A stretch of DNA of 64,000 bases from Gammaproteobacteria bacterium (GCA_028293745.1 JAQGOF010000248.1:4177-68176), one strand, 5' to 3'; counted from the stretch's first letter, positions 1 through 9,940 are shown. Program-made: numbers and translations. The notes: generated by a model from the sequence alone, not told the origin.

Positions 1-809
1 TCAGCGAGCTCGAACGCCCCGCGCGTTGCATCGTCGCGCATGATTTCGCGTGCCGTAGCAATCGCCTTCGGCGCGTCGCCCCTCACAACATACGCGCGAG
101 CCAACACGCGCTTGGCACCTAGCTGTTTCGGGTCCCGCTCCAGCGCCTGCTGCGCATAGCGGGAGGCACGCTGAGCATCGTTGGCATCGAGTGCCAGCTC
201 AGCAAGAAGCGCATCCGCATCAGGTGAAATGGCTGAAGCGTCCAACGCGCCGCTCATTGCAGCCAGCACTGCGGGCGCGTCCGATTGCTCCAGCAGCAGG
301 CCCGCCAGCTCGGTCAGTCCAGCTGCGTCCGGGGTGCCCTGTGCCTTCGTAAAATCCACGATGGCTGAGCGTGCGTCGGTGATCCGATAAAGCTTGATCG
401 CGACGGTCGCATACCTGGCGGCCGCTTCGGGGTCGCCAGGGGCGAGAGCCCGCCAACGGGTGGCGGCCTTCCAGGCAGCCGGCACGTGCTCGCAAGCCAG
501 TGCGACCGCGCTGGCGTGACGGGCCAGAGGCCTCGCATCACTGTACTGGGACGCCTCCGCATAGCTCTCGGCGGCCGTCTTGCAATCGCCCCGCGCCAAC
601 GCTATTTCGGCAACAATGGTCAGCGCGGCCGGATCGTGGGCTTGCGGCTCTTCCTTCAGCGTCGGCCCAGCGGCACAGCCAACGAGAAACGCGCAGCAGG
701 CAATCAGTAGTGGCAGCGGATTTGATAGTGGCAATGGATTTGCTCGGCGCGCAGCGCCGCTACATGTTGCCGGTCGCCTCGACCGGCAGGAAAGTTGGGC
801 GAAGCCCAT
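1..809 (-). CDS. TPR-like helical-repeat lipoprotein; only the N-terminal part is in the window, the 3' end lies beyond the left edge
   Basis: My own minus-strand translation. It is absent from the ORF track because there is no stop in the window. ATG at 809 gives MGFAQLSCRSRRPATCSGAARRANPLPLSNPLPLLIACCAFLVGCAAGP..., with lipobox L-V-G-C. It continues as Ala/Leu-rich helical repeats (...ARGDCKTAAESYAEASQYSD...AARYATVAIKLYRITDARSAI...RASRYAQQALERDPKQLGAKRVLARAYVVRGD...). An internal TTG start is possible. Confidence 0.55.
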   Translation of the reverse strand, partial: MGFAQLSCRSRRPATCSGAARRANPLPLSNPLPLLIACCAFLVGCAAGPTLKEEPQAHDPAALTIVAEIALARGDCKTAAESYAEASQYSDARPLARHASAVALACEHVPAAWKAATRWRALAPGDPEAAARYATVAIKLYRITDARSAIVDFTKAQGTPDAAGLTELAGLLLEQSDAPAVLAAMSGALDASAISPDADALLAELALDANDAQRASRYAQQALERDPKQLGAKRVLARAYVVRGDAPKAIATAREIMRDDATRGAFELA

Positions 810-916
810 GAGAATATGCACAGAGACTACTTTACGGCAAGGCCCGCATATTGTGTGCCTTGTCAGGGGCGCCAACGATCCCGGAGAATGCCGCGCCCGC
901 CAGCAGCCACTATCCC

Positions 917-1996
917 ATGAAGGAATCAATACGCCAGCGCCTGGAGAAGATGACCGACCGGTTCGAGGAGGTCGGCCGCCTGCTTGCGACCGCGGACATC
1001 GCAGGCGGATCGCAGCAATTCCGGGAGCTGTCCCAGGAATACGCGCGGCTGCAGCCGCTCGCTGAAGGGTACCTCGGATACCATAATCTCGAGCGCGATC
1101 TGGCTGCCGCCCAGGAAATGCTCGCCGACTCCGACCCAGACATGCGCAATTTGGGCGCGGAAGAGGTCGGCCGCGTCGGGCGCGACATTGCAGCGGCCGA
1201 GGCTGACCTGCGCAAGCTGCTCATCCCCACGGACCCACGCGACGACAAGAACATTTTCCTGGAGATCCGGGCCGGCACGGGTGGGGACGAAGCCGCCATC
1301 TTTGCGGGCGACTTGTTTCGGATGTACTCGCGTTACGCGGAAAGTCACGGGCTGACTGCCGAAATCGTCAGTGAGAATCGCGGTGAGCACGGTGGCTACC
1401 GCGAGATCATCAGTCGCGTTGCGGGTCGAGGTGTGTTCTCCCGGCTGAAATTCGAGTCGGGCACCCATCGCGTGCAGCGTGTTCCGGCGACCGAAGCGCA
1501 AGGCCGTATTCACACCTCGGCCTGCACAGTTGCCATCCTGCCGGAACTCGATGAAGTCGAGGAAATCGACCTCAACCCGGCCGATCTGCGCATCGACACC
1601 TATCGTTCCTCGGGTGCCGGTGGCCAGCATGTGAACAAGACGGATTCGGCCATTCGCATCACGCACATACCCAGCGGGATCGTCGTCGAGTGTCAGGAAG
1701 AGCGCTCCCAGCACAAGAATCGCTCGCGGGCCATGGCGCTGCTCAAGGCTCGCCTGCTGGCCGCCGAGCAGGAAAAGCAACAGAGCGAGCAGGCGCAGTC
1801 ACGCCGCTTGCAGGTTGGAAGCGGTGACCGCTCGGAGCGCATCCGCACGTACAACTTCCCGCAGGGACGCGTCACCGATCATCGCATCAATCTCACGCTG
1901 TACCAGCTGCAGAAAGTGATGGATGGACAGCTCGATGAGCTGCTCGATGCCCTCCAACAGGAATACCAGGCCGAGCAACTCGCAGCCGAGGACTAA
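917..1996 (+). CDS. prfA: Peptide chain release factor 1
   Basis: ORF 851..1996 trimmed to ATG 917 ([10 protein letters not shown]...). RF1 PAT tripeptide ([10 protein letters not shown]) and GGQ motif ([15 protein letters not shown]). 359 aa. Confidence 0.95.
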   Translation: MKESIRQRLEKMTDRFEEVGRLLATADIAGGSQQFRELSQEYARLQPLAEGYLGYHNLERDLAAAQEMLADSDPDMRNLGAEEVGRVGRDIAAAEADLRKLLIPTDPRDDKNIFLEIRAGTGGDEAAIFAGDLFRMYSRYAESHGLTAEIVSENRGEHGGYREIISRVAGRGVFSRLKFESGTHRVQRVPATEAQGRIHTSACTVAILPELDEVEEIDLNPADLRIDTYRSSGAGGQHVNKTDSAIRITHIPSGIVVECQEERSQHKNRSRAMALLKARLLAAEQEKQQSEQAQSRRLQVGSGDRSERIRTYNFPQGRVTDHRINLTLYQLQKVMDGQLDELLDALQQEYQAEQLAAED

Positions 1997-2706
1997 TGGA
2001 CCTAACGAAGGGTCTGGTCGTCGACAGCGTCACAGGAGTAGACGTTGCGCTTCCCATTGCCGGACCCGGCGCCCGATCGTTTGCCTTTATCATCGATTGG
2101 CACATCCGGACCATTTTGACCGTCGCCTGGTATGTCGTCGCAGCGATGCTGCACAACCGAAGCTTGTATGTTAACGCTCCGCTGACTCCCGACTCGGCTT
2201 GGTTCGTATATGTCATCGCGCCACCGGCCGCGATTTATTTCCTCTATCACCCCGTGTGGGAAGTGGCTACGCGCGGTCATACGCCCGGCAAGCGAATGGC
2301 CGGCGTGCAGATCGTCAGCACAGAGGGCGGAGCACCGAGCGTGGGCTCCTTGCTGGCCCGGAATGTGTTCCGCCTGGTCGATAGCTTTCCAATTGCCTAC
2401 GCCGTGGGTCTCATCACGACCATGGTGACCCGGCACCACGTGAGAATCGGCGATCTCGCGGCGGGTACGCTACTCGTCTATGTCCACGATGGCGCACCGC
2501 TGACCGGCTACTCCGCCGACCGCCTCGCCGGAAACCAACTCGACGCCACGACCGCAGAAGTTGTAAGCGAGCTGCTGCAGCGCTGGGAGACATTGGACAA
2601 CACGGCGCGGCGCAGAATGGCACAGACCATCCTGGCCGACACGACGGAGGATGACGCAATTCTCCGGGCGAGACTCGAAAGCCTCGGTACCGGAGGCCCG
2701 TCATGA
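1996..2706 (+). CDS. RDD-family-like integral membrane protein
   Basis: ATG 1996 overlaps the prfA stop (TAATG). 236 aa with several hydrophobic segments and Arg/Asp-containing stretches (ARSFAFIIDWHIR, LARNVFRLVD) as I recall for the RDD family. Family call by eye only. Confidence 0.55.
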   Translation: MDLTKGLVVDSVTGVDVALPIAGPGARSFAFIIDWHIRTILTVAWYVVAAMLHNRSLYVNAPLTPDSAWFVYVIAPPAAIYFLYHPVWEVATRGHTPGKRMAGVQIVSTEGGAPSVGSLLARNVFRLVDSFPIAYAVGLITTMVTRHHVRIGDLAAGTLLVYVHDGAPLTGYSADRLAGNQLDATTAEVVSELLQRWETLDNTARRRMAQTILADTTEDDAILRARLESLGTGGPS

Positions 2707-3710
2707 ATGAGTCGGCCCGCGAGCACGCGCTGAAAGTCACCCTTCTTCGGCGTTCGCAACTGTGGAAGAACGCCGCAGACCGTACTCGCCGGCTTGCCGG
2801 CAAAAAAACTGACGATGCGGCCGATGCCATCTTCGTGGCCGATGATTACCGGATGCTTGCCCACGACGTTGCGAAAGTCAGGCGGCTGCTTCCTGATTCA
2901 CGGGCAAGAGAGTACCTGGAGACCGCGTACGCGCAGGCGCATGCCAGTCTTCACAGACCCGCATGGCATCCGGGTTCCGCGCTGCTCAGTCTGTTCCGGG
3001 ACGAGATTCCGGCAGTGGTCCGTTGGCTTCGGCCGCACATCGTCTGGGCAACCGCCCTGTTCATTCTGACCGTCATCACCGGTTATTCGATGGTGCACAC
3101 CTATCCCGACCTGATCGCACTTTTCGCATCCCCCGAATTGATCGCCACGGTAGAGCGCGGCCAGCTCTGGACGGAGGGCCTGTTGAACGTGGTGCCCTCC
3201 TCCGTGTTGTCCCTCCAGATCCTGACCAACAACATCGTCGTCAGCCTGTTTGCCTATTGCGCCGGCTTCCTGTTTGGCCTCGGCACGCTGTACATCCTGG
3301 GACTGAACGGCTTGATGCTCGGGGCGGTATTTGCGTTCACGAGTCTTCACGGGCTGGGAAATGACCTGTTTACGTTTGTCGTGGCTCACGGGTGCGTAGA
3401 GATTTCCGTGATGTGCCTGTCCGGGGCCGCTGGCGCGGCAGTGGGCGAGGCACTCATCCGACCCGGAGCCGCAACCCGGGCCGAATCATTCCGGCGCGCG
3501 GCCTTGCAGTCGGGCAAGCTCATCCTGGCGTGTGCGCTGCTGCTCGTCGGCTCGGGATTGATTGAAGGTTACGTCTCCCCCAATCCGGTATTTCCGCTCT
3601 GGACGAGACTCGCGATCGGAGTGAGCTATTGGCTCTTCATGATCGTGCTGCTAACCGGGTGGTTGTTTGGAGCACGCCGCCGCGGCAAGGCGCCACCCAG
3701 CCTTCCCTAG
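2703..3710 (+). CDS. SpoIIM/DUF95-like polytopic membrane protein
   Basis: ATGA overlap with the upstream ORF. 335 aa: a ~110-aa soluble N-terminus, then multiple TM segments (LTNNIVVSLFAYCAGFLFGLGTLYILGLNGLMLGAVFAF) resembling the stage II sporulation protein M family. Confidence 0.5.
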   Translation: MNESAREHALKVTLLRRSQLWKNAADRTRRLAGKKTDDAADAIFVADDYRMLAHDVAKVRRLLPDSRAREYLETAYAQAHASLHRPAWHPGSALLSLFRDEIPAVVRWLRPHIVWATALFILTVITGYSMVHTYPDLIALFASPELIATVERGQLWTEGLLNVVPSSVLSLQILTNNIVVSLFAYCAGFLFGLGTLYILGLNGLMLGAVFAFTSLHGLGNDLFTFVVAHGCVEISVMCLSGAAGAAVGEALIRPGAATRAESFRRAALQSGKLILACALLLVGSGLIEGYVSPNPVFPLWTRLAIGVSYWLFMIVLLTGWLFGARRRGKAPPSLP

Positions 3711-5008
3711 ACGCGCCGCGACCTACGCAGCGACTCGTACTGCGCGAGCACCCTCTTCTCCAGCAACTCTTCGCTGGCAGCAATCACCGGGGCACCGAGG
3801 CGCCTCAACAGAGCACGCTGAGACTCCGCTCGATCCTCATGCTCCTGTGCGGCAAGCGCTACCCACGGATCCTTCCAGCCATGCGCCTCGCTGCGCGCCA
3901 GCTCAGAAATCTCAGGGCTGTGAATTCCTGCCACGACCACCAGATGCGGCGGGGCAAGGAGGCGCACCGCGCGCACCAGCTGATCGGCAACACTGGTATC
4001 ATCGATGTCAGTCAACAGCACGATCAGGCTGCGATGCTTGAGCATCCCCCGAATCCGGATCGCCGCCGCGAGCGGGTCTGATTCGGCCGACTGCACGGAG
4101 AGCTGCTCGAGTGTCCTGCGAATGCGCATGACTGCCGGCAGCCCTCGATCCGGCGCGCAGACGGCGAGCGGTCGGTCGGCAAACACGATCATGCCGATGC
4201 GATCATCGTTTGGAATCACGATCTCGGCAAACCGCGCCGCCACGTTTGCATACAACCCGAACCGGTCCAGGCGGCCCGCTCGCACTCTGCTGAAGCGTCC
4301 CGCATCGATCGCAACGAGTACATCCAGGTGCTGGTCTTCGCTGAACTCGCGAGTGACGAGCTGGTGAGCACGCGCAGTCGCCTTCCAATCAATCCGCGCA
4401 GGGGGGTCCCCTTGGACATACCCGCGCAGCTGATGTAACTCCGAGCCCGCACCAATCACACGCCGCGGCCGGGCTCCCGCGGGATTGCCGCGTGGGCGGC
4501 CCCTGACCGTCTTCAAGGTATCGGGCGCAACAGCGATTCGGACATCAAGATGCAGATCACGCGTCCACCAGGCCAGGCCCAATGGACCCAACAGCCTTGC
4601 GGGCACGACAGGCCAGGTTTGCAGCCCCAGGCGTGTCGCCAGGAGTGTGAATGGATCCCTCTTCGCACCCCCGGCGGGCGTTACCACCTTTCGAGTTGCA
4701 GTCCCCACGGGCTCAACACCAACAGGGGTTACCGGCGCGTATTCCACTGAAACGGCGCGCGACGACTCATTGTGAAACGCGAATGCGGCCGTCTGCTCAC
4801 GGCCCAGGAAAGCGCGCGGTGCCGTCTCCACATCCGCCGTCACGGCTGCCTTGCGAATGAGAAAGCCTTCATAGGCCAAGCCGATCAGCAACAGCGCAGC
4901 GGGAATTCGCCACAGGTCCAACAGGCCCGGCTCGCTGGACCAGATGCCAGCCACCGCCAACACGGCGGTCAGCATGAGCAGTACATAGGCACGCTGCGCG
5001 AAATGCAT
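3707..5008 (-). CDS. DUF58 domain protein (vWA-like partner of MoxR ATPases)
   Basis: 433 aa. Two N-terminal TM helices, then the DUF58 hallmark LRGYVQGDPPARIDWKATARAHQLVTREF. Lies directly downstream of the MoxR gene. Confidence 0.8.
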   Translation of the reverse strand: MHFAQRAYVLLMLTAVLAVAGIWSSEPGLLDLWRIPAALLLIGLAYEGFLIRKAAVTADVETAPRAFLGREQTAAFAFHNESSRAVSVEYAPVTPVGVEPVGTATRKVVTPAGGAKRDPFTLLATRLGLQTWPVVPARLLGPLGLAWWTRDLHLDVRIAVAPDTLKTVRGRPRGNPAGARPRRVIGAGSELHQLRGYVQGDPPARIDWKATARAHQLVTREFSEDQHLDVLVAIDAGRFSRVRAGRLDRFGLYANVAARFAEIVIPNDDRIGMIVFADRPLAVCAPDRGLPAVMRIRRTLEQLSVQSAESDPLAAAIRIRGMLKHRSLIVLLTDIDDTSVADQLVRAVRLLAPPHLVVVAGIHSPEISELARSEAHGWKDPWVALAAQEHEDRAESQRALLRRLGAPVIAASEELLEKRVLAQYESLRRSRRV

Positions 5009-5013
5009 TGACG

Positions 5014-5964
5014 TCAGCGTGGAACTGCCGTATCTGCAAGAAGATTCCTGACGACCTGCAGATCAGTCAGTCCCTCCAAAGCCGCTTCAGGCGTCAGCAC
5101 GAGGCGGTGAGCCATTACCCATACCGCCGCTTCCTTGACATCGTCCGGGGCAACGAAGTCGCTGCCGCGCAGGCCCGCAGTAATCCGGGCAGCCTTCAGC
5201 AGTGACAATGCTCCGCGTGTTGACAGGCCCAGAGATAGCCGGGCGTGCTCGCGTGAAGCGCGAGCAAGGTCCAGCACGTAACTGGTCAGTGCCTCGGATA
5301 CATGGATGCGATCGGCCTCCTCACGTGCGAGTTTTAGCAATGCCGGCTCCAGTGTCCCAACACTTTCGAGCGTCGTCTGCATGGCCGTCAGCATTCCGCC
5401 ATAGCGCGCCAGGATCTCCACCTCAGCTGCTCTTTCGGGATAGTCGACATCGATGCGCAGCATGAACCGGTCGAGCTGCGACTCGGGCAGCGGGTAAGTG
5501 CCTTCGAATTCACGGGGGTTCTGGGTCGCGAGCACGAGAAAGTCGGCCGGCAGCGGGAACGCCTCTCTCTCGACACTCACCTGTCGCTCCTCCATGGCCT
5601 CGAGCAGTGCCGATTGTGTCTTGGGTCCGGCGCGGTTGATTTCGTCCACCAGCACCACGTCTGCGAACAGCGGCCCCGGGCGGAAGACGAACCCGCGCTT
5701 GGATTCGTCAAACACGTGGACACCGATGATGTCGCTCGGCATTAGGTCCGGTGTTCCCTGGATGCGCTTGAATTCGCCGCCCAGCGTGCGCGCAAGTGTT
5801 TTTGCCAACAGCGTCTTGCCGAGCCCCGGCACGCCTTGCACGAGAACGTGGCCGCGGGCGACCAACGCGATGATGAGCGCCCGGATCGAGCTGTCGGCGC
5901 CCACGATCACCCGTCCCAGCTCACGCCGGAGCAACGACTCGACTTCCTGGATCGCTGAGCTCAT
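5014..5964 (-). CDS. MoxR-family AAA+ ATPase
   Basis: ORF 5014..6114 trimmed to ATG 5964 (MSSAIQEVESLL...), which overlaps the upstream stop (ATGA). Walker A GVPGLGKT and Walker B VVLVDEINRA. 316 aa, typical MoxR size. Confidence 0.9.
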   Translation of the reverse strand: MSSAIQEVESLLRRELGRVIVGADSSIRALIIALVARGHVLVQGVPGLGKTLLAKTLARTLGGEFKRIQGTPDLMPSDIIGVHVFDESKRGFVFRPGPLFADVVLVDEINRAGPKTQSALLEAMEERQVSVEREAFPLPADFLVLATQNPREFEGTYPLPESQLDRFMLRIDVDYPERAAEVEILARYGGMLTAMQTTLESVGTLEPALLKLAREEADRIHVSEALTSYVLDLARASREHARLSLGLSTRGALSLLKAARITAGLRGSDFVAPDDVKEAAVWVMAHRLVLTPEAALEGLTDLQVVRNLLADTAVPR

Positions 5965-7238
5965 GAATTCAGTTGCCTGTTGATTCTGACAATGAGGTTG
6001 TGCAGCCGCATCAACGGGACCCGCGAGGTGCCTAATTGCGAGTACCACGACTTGAGCTGCTGCAGGTCGGCCGACGGAATGCGCGGCTGATGCTCGAGCA
6101 GCTCCCACGGCCAACGTCGCAGAAAGCGGTCAAACATGCGGCGCGCGGCCGCAGCCGGGGTCAGCACGCGCGCGAGAAATCCACCAGTGGCACGCACCAA
6201 CTCCGCTTCGCGGGGCACCGGGGCTCGTGTTACCGGGACGCGCAGCTTGGTTGCGCCCAGGACCCACGCGAGCCACAACGCCGCAACGATGCCGATAGTC
6301 ATGTGGAGCCGCGGATCGCGGTAGAACTTGGCCGGATCGTAGTTGGCGCCGAGCCCCTGGTGCACGTCATCGAACAAAACGGCTCCGCGCGGTCCCAGGT
6401 TGGTCCCGATGATGTTCGCCAGAAGACGCGCGTTATCCGCAAGGCCCAGCGCTCGATTCGTGAAGAGCGTACCCAGTGCGCTGACGACGATGCGGCCATT
6501 GCCCAAAGGGCGGGTCCAGAAAGCGCCCTCGCCGGTTTCGCGCTGGTGCCCTAACGCGAGCACGAATCCTTCGTACGGCACTTTGACAGTCCATGGCTGC
6601 GCCTCGTAGTCCGACAGGGCAACCGCCTCGTGTACCCCCCTGAAGTAGGCATGGTCACGATTGGGAACGAGCTTTGCGCGCCGCGGTTGTGTGAATTCGC
6701 GCGTTGCGGCCGCGAGCTGCGAGGCCAGGTCCCTGTTGTCTCGATCCCGTGGCGCCGGCTCAGTCCCCTTGTGGGCCCGCAGATCGCGAATCCGGGTCGT
6801 CTCAAACTCGAGGCCGGTCAACAGGTTCAGGTCGCCGGCAGTCATGCTTGCGAACGAGAACGCCCAAGCCGGGTTGTCCGACAGGGCTGCGAGCACGACA
6901 AGCGTGTTGCCTGCGCGAACCCAGCGGTCCAGAGGCCGGAATTCCTCGGTCTTGAACACCGCAATCGCCGGCAGCGTGACAATCAACACATTGCCGGTGG
7001 CCGCCAATGACTTCTTGTGTGGCAGCTTGTCGAAGCGGTCCCGCAGCGAAGCGGCTCGAATATGCTCTGTATCCAGCCATTGCAGCGCCGCGTGATAGCC
7101 GTTCCCGCCGCGCTCCTCCGTCGTAGGCCTTGGAATCTCCCTGCCCCCGATGCCCCCTTCGTCCTTGTGCAGGAACATGGTGAAGAACAAGGCGAGAGCA
7201 CCCAAGGCACAAACAAGGGTGATGAGCCGTTCTTTCAC
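5961..7238 (-). CDS. DUF4350-like single-pass membrane protein
   Basis: 425 aa with an N-terminal TM (LITLVCALGALALFFTMFL) and a second hydrophobic segment near the C-terminus. Position between the DUF4129-like and MoxR genes matches the recalled cluster. Family assignment unverified. Confidence 0.45.
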   Translation of the reverse strand: MKERLITLVCALGALALFFTMFLHKDEGGIGGREIPRPTTEERGGNGYHAALQWLDTEHIRAASLRDRFDKLPHKKSLAATGNVLIVTLPAIAVFKTEEFRPLDRWVRAGNTLVVLAALSDNPAWAFSFASMTAGDLNLLTGLEFETTRIRDLRAHKGTEPAPRDRDNRDLASQLAAATREFTQPRRAKLVPNRDHAYFRGVHEAVALSDYEAQPWTVKVPYEGFVLALGHQRETGEGAFWTRPLGNGRIVVSALGTLFTNRALGLADNARLLANIIGTNLGPRGAVLFDDVHQGLGANYDPAKFYRDPRLHMTIGIVAALWLAWVLGATKLRVPVTRAPVPREAELVRATGGFLARVLTPAAAARRMFDRFLRRWPWELLEHQPRIPSADLQQLKSWYSQLGTSRVPLMRLHNLIVRINRQLNS

Positions 7239-8200
7239 CCTGGGGTACTCGCATCCAGGCGATCGAGCAACTCACGCCCCCGGGCTACTGACTGATCGAG
7301 TGTTGCGGACTCGATCTCGCGAGCCGAATACCGCACCCGCTCCGCGGCCAGTGCGAGTTCCGACAGCCGGGTGCGGTCGTCAGGTTCCGGCAGCCGCGCA
7401 GCTTTCGTAAGCTCGCGTACTGTCAGCGCGCCCGCTGGAGGGAGGTAGCCACGATTGCTGAGCCGTCTCACAATCAATTCCAGCAACAGACGCGGCTTGT
7501 CGGGAAGCGGGGCGCTCTCGATGTCGCTCCACACCAAGTGCGGTGCGCGTGTGTCCCGAGGTCCACGCCTTCTTCGCGCTACCTCGCCTCGCTTCGGAAC
7601 GAGACCTGCCGCCCGCACCTCGTTGACCACGATAACCGCAGCCAACACTACCACTGCAGCGAGAGCGGCATATGCAATCAGCTTACGCAGCGACTGCGAG
7701 ATACCGACATGCGATACCATCCGCGTGAACCAACTTTCATCTGTCGGCTGCTCGCGCGTCTCGAGTCTCGAGCGCAGCCACGCCTTGAACCGAGACCACC
7801 AGCCCGCGGTGCTCGTGCCCTCCAGGTCGTTGAGAACGCCTTTGAGGTGGCGAATGTCAGGGATCCGTGGGGAAGCGCTCGCGGCACTTTCCCGGTCCAC
7901 GAGCTCAACAAACTCCCTGAGGCCGCCGGCCGAGAGGTCATTTCCCGTTTCCTTCCAACCGCGGGGCAACCAAGGCGCCCAGGCACCGTGATCCAGCTGC
8001 TTCGCAAGCTCGGGACAGCGCGCGGCAATGCGGTCGTAGCCGATATCGAGCTCGGGATCGACTTTCGCGAGGCAGGCGTCCAGGGCTGGGAGCTGGGCCG
8101 TGGTTGACGGCTGCTGGATTACCGCCGCCGGACCTTGAGCGATCGCCATTCCGTTGATCAATACACACGCGATCAGGGCGCTAATGCAACCGCGCCTCAT
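7235..8200 (-). CDS. Secreted/membrane-anchored DUF4129-like protein
   Basis: 321 aa. Signal peptide MRRGCISALIACVLINGMAIAQG, a mid-protein TM (LIAYAALAAVVVLAAVIVV), and a C-terminal segment (TVRELTKAARLPEPDDRTRLSELALAAERVRYSAREIE) resembling the DUF4129 pattern. Unverified. Confidence 0.45.
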   Translation of the reverse strand: MRRGCISALIACVLINGMAIAQGPAAVIQQPSTTAQLPALDACLAKVDPELDIGYDRIAARCPELAKQLDHGAWAPWLPRGWKETGNDLSAGGLREFVELVDRESAASASPRIPDIRHLKGVLNDLEGTSTAGWWSRFKAWLRSRLETREQPTDESWFTRMVSHVGISQSLRKLIAYAALAAVVVLAAVIVVNEVRAAGLVPKRGEVARRRRGPRDTRAPHLVWSDIESAPLPDKPRLLLELIVRRLSNRGYLPPAGALTVRELTKAARLPEPDDRTRLSELALAAERVRYSAREIESATLDQSVARGRELLDRLDASTPG

Positions 8201-8203
8201 CCT

Positions 8204-9034
8204 TCAACTCGCTGGCGCGTCCGCAATTCGCCGTTCCAGGTCAATTCCTTCCCTGCGCGCTTGCAGATCGCCATACAAAGACAGCGTCATGGCCGTGATG
8301 AATGGCATGTAGACCGCGCCTGACGCAACCACCATTACGGCCGAGATGGCCGTGGTAACGGCCAGATCTCTTGCTGCTCCGAATGCCGCGAGGACACCAA
8401 CTATCATGCCCGCGGTGACGGAAAGAACGATGATCATCGTCAAGGCGACCGTATAGATCATCACCGTGCGCCACCAATTGCCCCTGATCAGACTGGCGCT
8501 GTAGCGCAGGCTGCCGATGATACCTTTTCGCCCGATCAGCAACGCGGGCCACGAGCATAGAAATTGCACACCCACGTAGAGGGCCGGGATGCCAAGCGCA
8601 AAGAAACTCAGAGCGCGATAAGGACGTGGAATCGCCAGCACCGGAACAAAGCATACGCCGACCATCAGAACGATCAGCAGGCTCATCACAATAGCAGCCG
8701 GTGTGTTTCGCAATCCGTCAACGAGCGCCGCCGAACCCACGGACCGCGAGCCGGAAGCGACTGCGCCCTGTCGGATGAGTATCGTATTGACGAATGTTGC
8801 GCCGATAAACGCCCCCAACAGATACAGCACCCACCAGGCCGGGTCGGTGTTGGCAAACGCCGGTAAGGTCCGCCCGGTGACGATGAGATAGATGTTCTGG
8901 ATTTGGCCCGCGACGGTCGCCAGCACGCTATAGGGCAGGCAGCGAAGCAAGGTCGCCTTGAAAATCCGGAACGCCGTATCGATGACTTCCCCGATCGATT
9001 GGGGCCGCGCGGGGGGATACAAAACGAGTGACAT
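8204..9034 (-). CDS. Polytopic integral membrane protein of unknown function (first gene of the minus-strand MoxR operon)
   Basis: 276 aa with about 6 hydrophobic spans. Only a 3-nt gap to the downstream gene. Possibly related to the GDPD-membrane-domain/UPF0259 type (recollection only). Confidence 0.5.
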   Translation of the reverse strand: MSLVLYPPARPQSIGEVIDTAFRIFKATLLRCLPYSVLATVAGQIQNIYLIVTGRTLPAFANTDPAWWVLYLLGAFIGATFVNTILIRQGAVASGSRSVGSAALVDGLRNTPAAIVMSLLIVLMVGVCFVPVLAIPRPYRALSFFALGIPALYVGVQFLCSWPALLIGRKGIIGSLRYSASLIRGNWWRTVMIYTVALTMIIVLSVTAGMIVGVLAAFGAARDLAVTTAISAVMVVASGAVYMPFITAMTLSLYGDLQARREGIDLERRIADAPAS

Positions 9035-9052
9035 CCGCGAATATTACGGACT

Positions 9053-9940
9053 ATGGCTGGCAATCTCACGATCGGCGCACTTTTGGCCCAGGGAATCGAA
9101 CGGCTCCGCAGCGGCAGCGGTGCCAGCAGTGCCGCCCGGAGCGCCACTAGCAATCTCGGCGCCACCCACAGTCTCGATGCCGAGCTGCTCCTTGCGCACG
9201 CGCTTTCCATGAGCCGGACGCAACTCAAAACCCATCCCGAGAACGTCCCGAGCCACGAGCGTGCCCGCCGATACACCGAACTCGTCGACCGCCGCGCCGC
9301 GGGTGAACCAGTCGCCTACATACTCGGTTACCGAGACTTTTGGACCTTGAGACTCGCTGTAAACCCCGCCGTCCTGGTACCACGGCCGGAAACAGAGCTC
9401 CTCGTTGAACGCGCCCTGGTTCTGGGACCGAGCGGACCTGCGCGCATCGCCGACCTCGGCACCGGCTCCGGGGCCATTGCGCTGGCGCTGGCGAGTGAGC
9501 GTCCAGCATGGGCCGTCGTTGCAACCGACGTCTCGGAAAACGCGCTCGGTACGGCGCGGGCAAACGCATCGATGCTCGGCCTGGGGCGCGTCGAACTCCT
9601 GAAGGGCCGGTGGTTTGAGCCGCTGGCGGGACGCCGGTTCGACCTGATCGCCAGCAATCCCCCGTACGTGGCGGAGGCCGACCCCGCGCTGCAGGACGCA
9701 GCTCTTGAGCATGAGCCCCAAATCGCGCTGGCCGCCGGCCCCGACGGAATGTCCGCGCTGCGCGAGATCGTCCATTCAGCACCGCACTACCTCGAGCGTC
9801 GCGGTTGGCTGCTTCTGGAACACGGCTCCGACCAGGCCGCGGCCGTCGCTCGTGAGCTTGTAGTGCGCGGCTTTGGTCACGTACGCTCCCACCGCGATCT
9901 CGCCGGCCACGAGCGCATGACAGAGGCCCAGTGGAACTGA
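9053..9940 (+). CDS. prmC: Release factor glutamine N5-methyltransferase
   Basis: 295 aa. NPPY catalytic motif (IASNPPYV) and SAM-binding DLGTGSGAIALALA. N-terminus typical of PrmC/HemK. Confidence 0.9.
   Translation: MAGNLTIGALLAQGIERLRSGSGASSAARSATSNLGATHSLDAELLLAHALSMSRTQLKTHPENVPSHERARRYTELVDRRAAGEPVAYILGYRDFWTLRLAVNPAVLVPRPETELLVERALVLGPSGPARIADLGTGSGAIALALASERPAWAVVATDVSENALGTARANASMLGLGRVELLKGRWFEPLAGRRFDLIASNPPYVAEADPALQDAALEHEPQIALAAGPDGMSALREIVHSAPHYLERRGWLLLEHGSDQAAAVARELVVRGFGHVRSHRDLAGHERMTEAQWN

Noticed and set aside
810-916. 7-bp inverted repeat AATATGC...GCATATT upstream of prfA as a regulatory element
   Set aside because: It is short, has a 27-nt spacer and no supporting context, so it could easily be chance.
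917-1996. Programmed frameshift in the release factor gene
   Set aside because: That mechanism belongs to prfB (RF2). This gene is RF1 (PAT motif) and the ORF is continuous.
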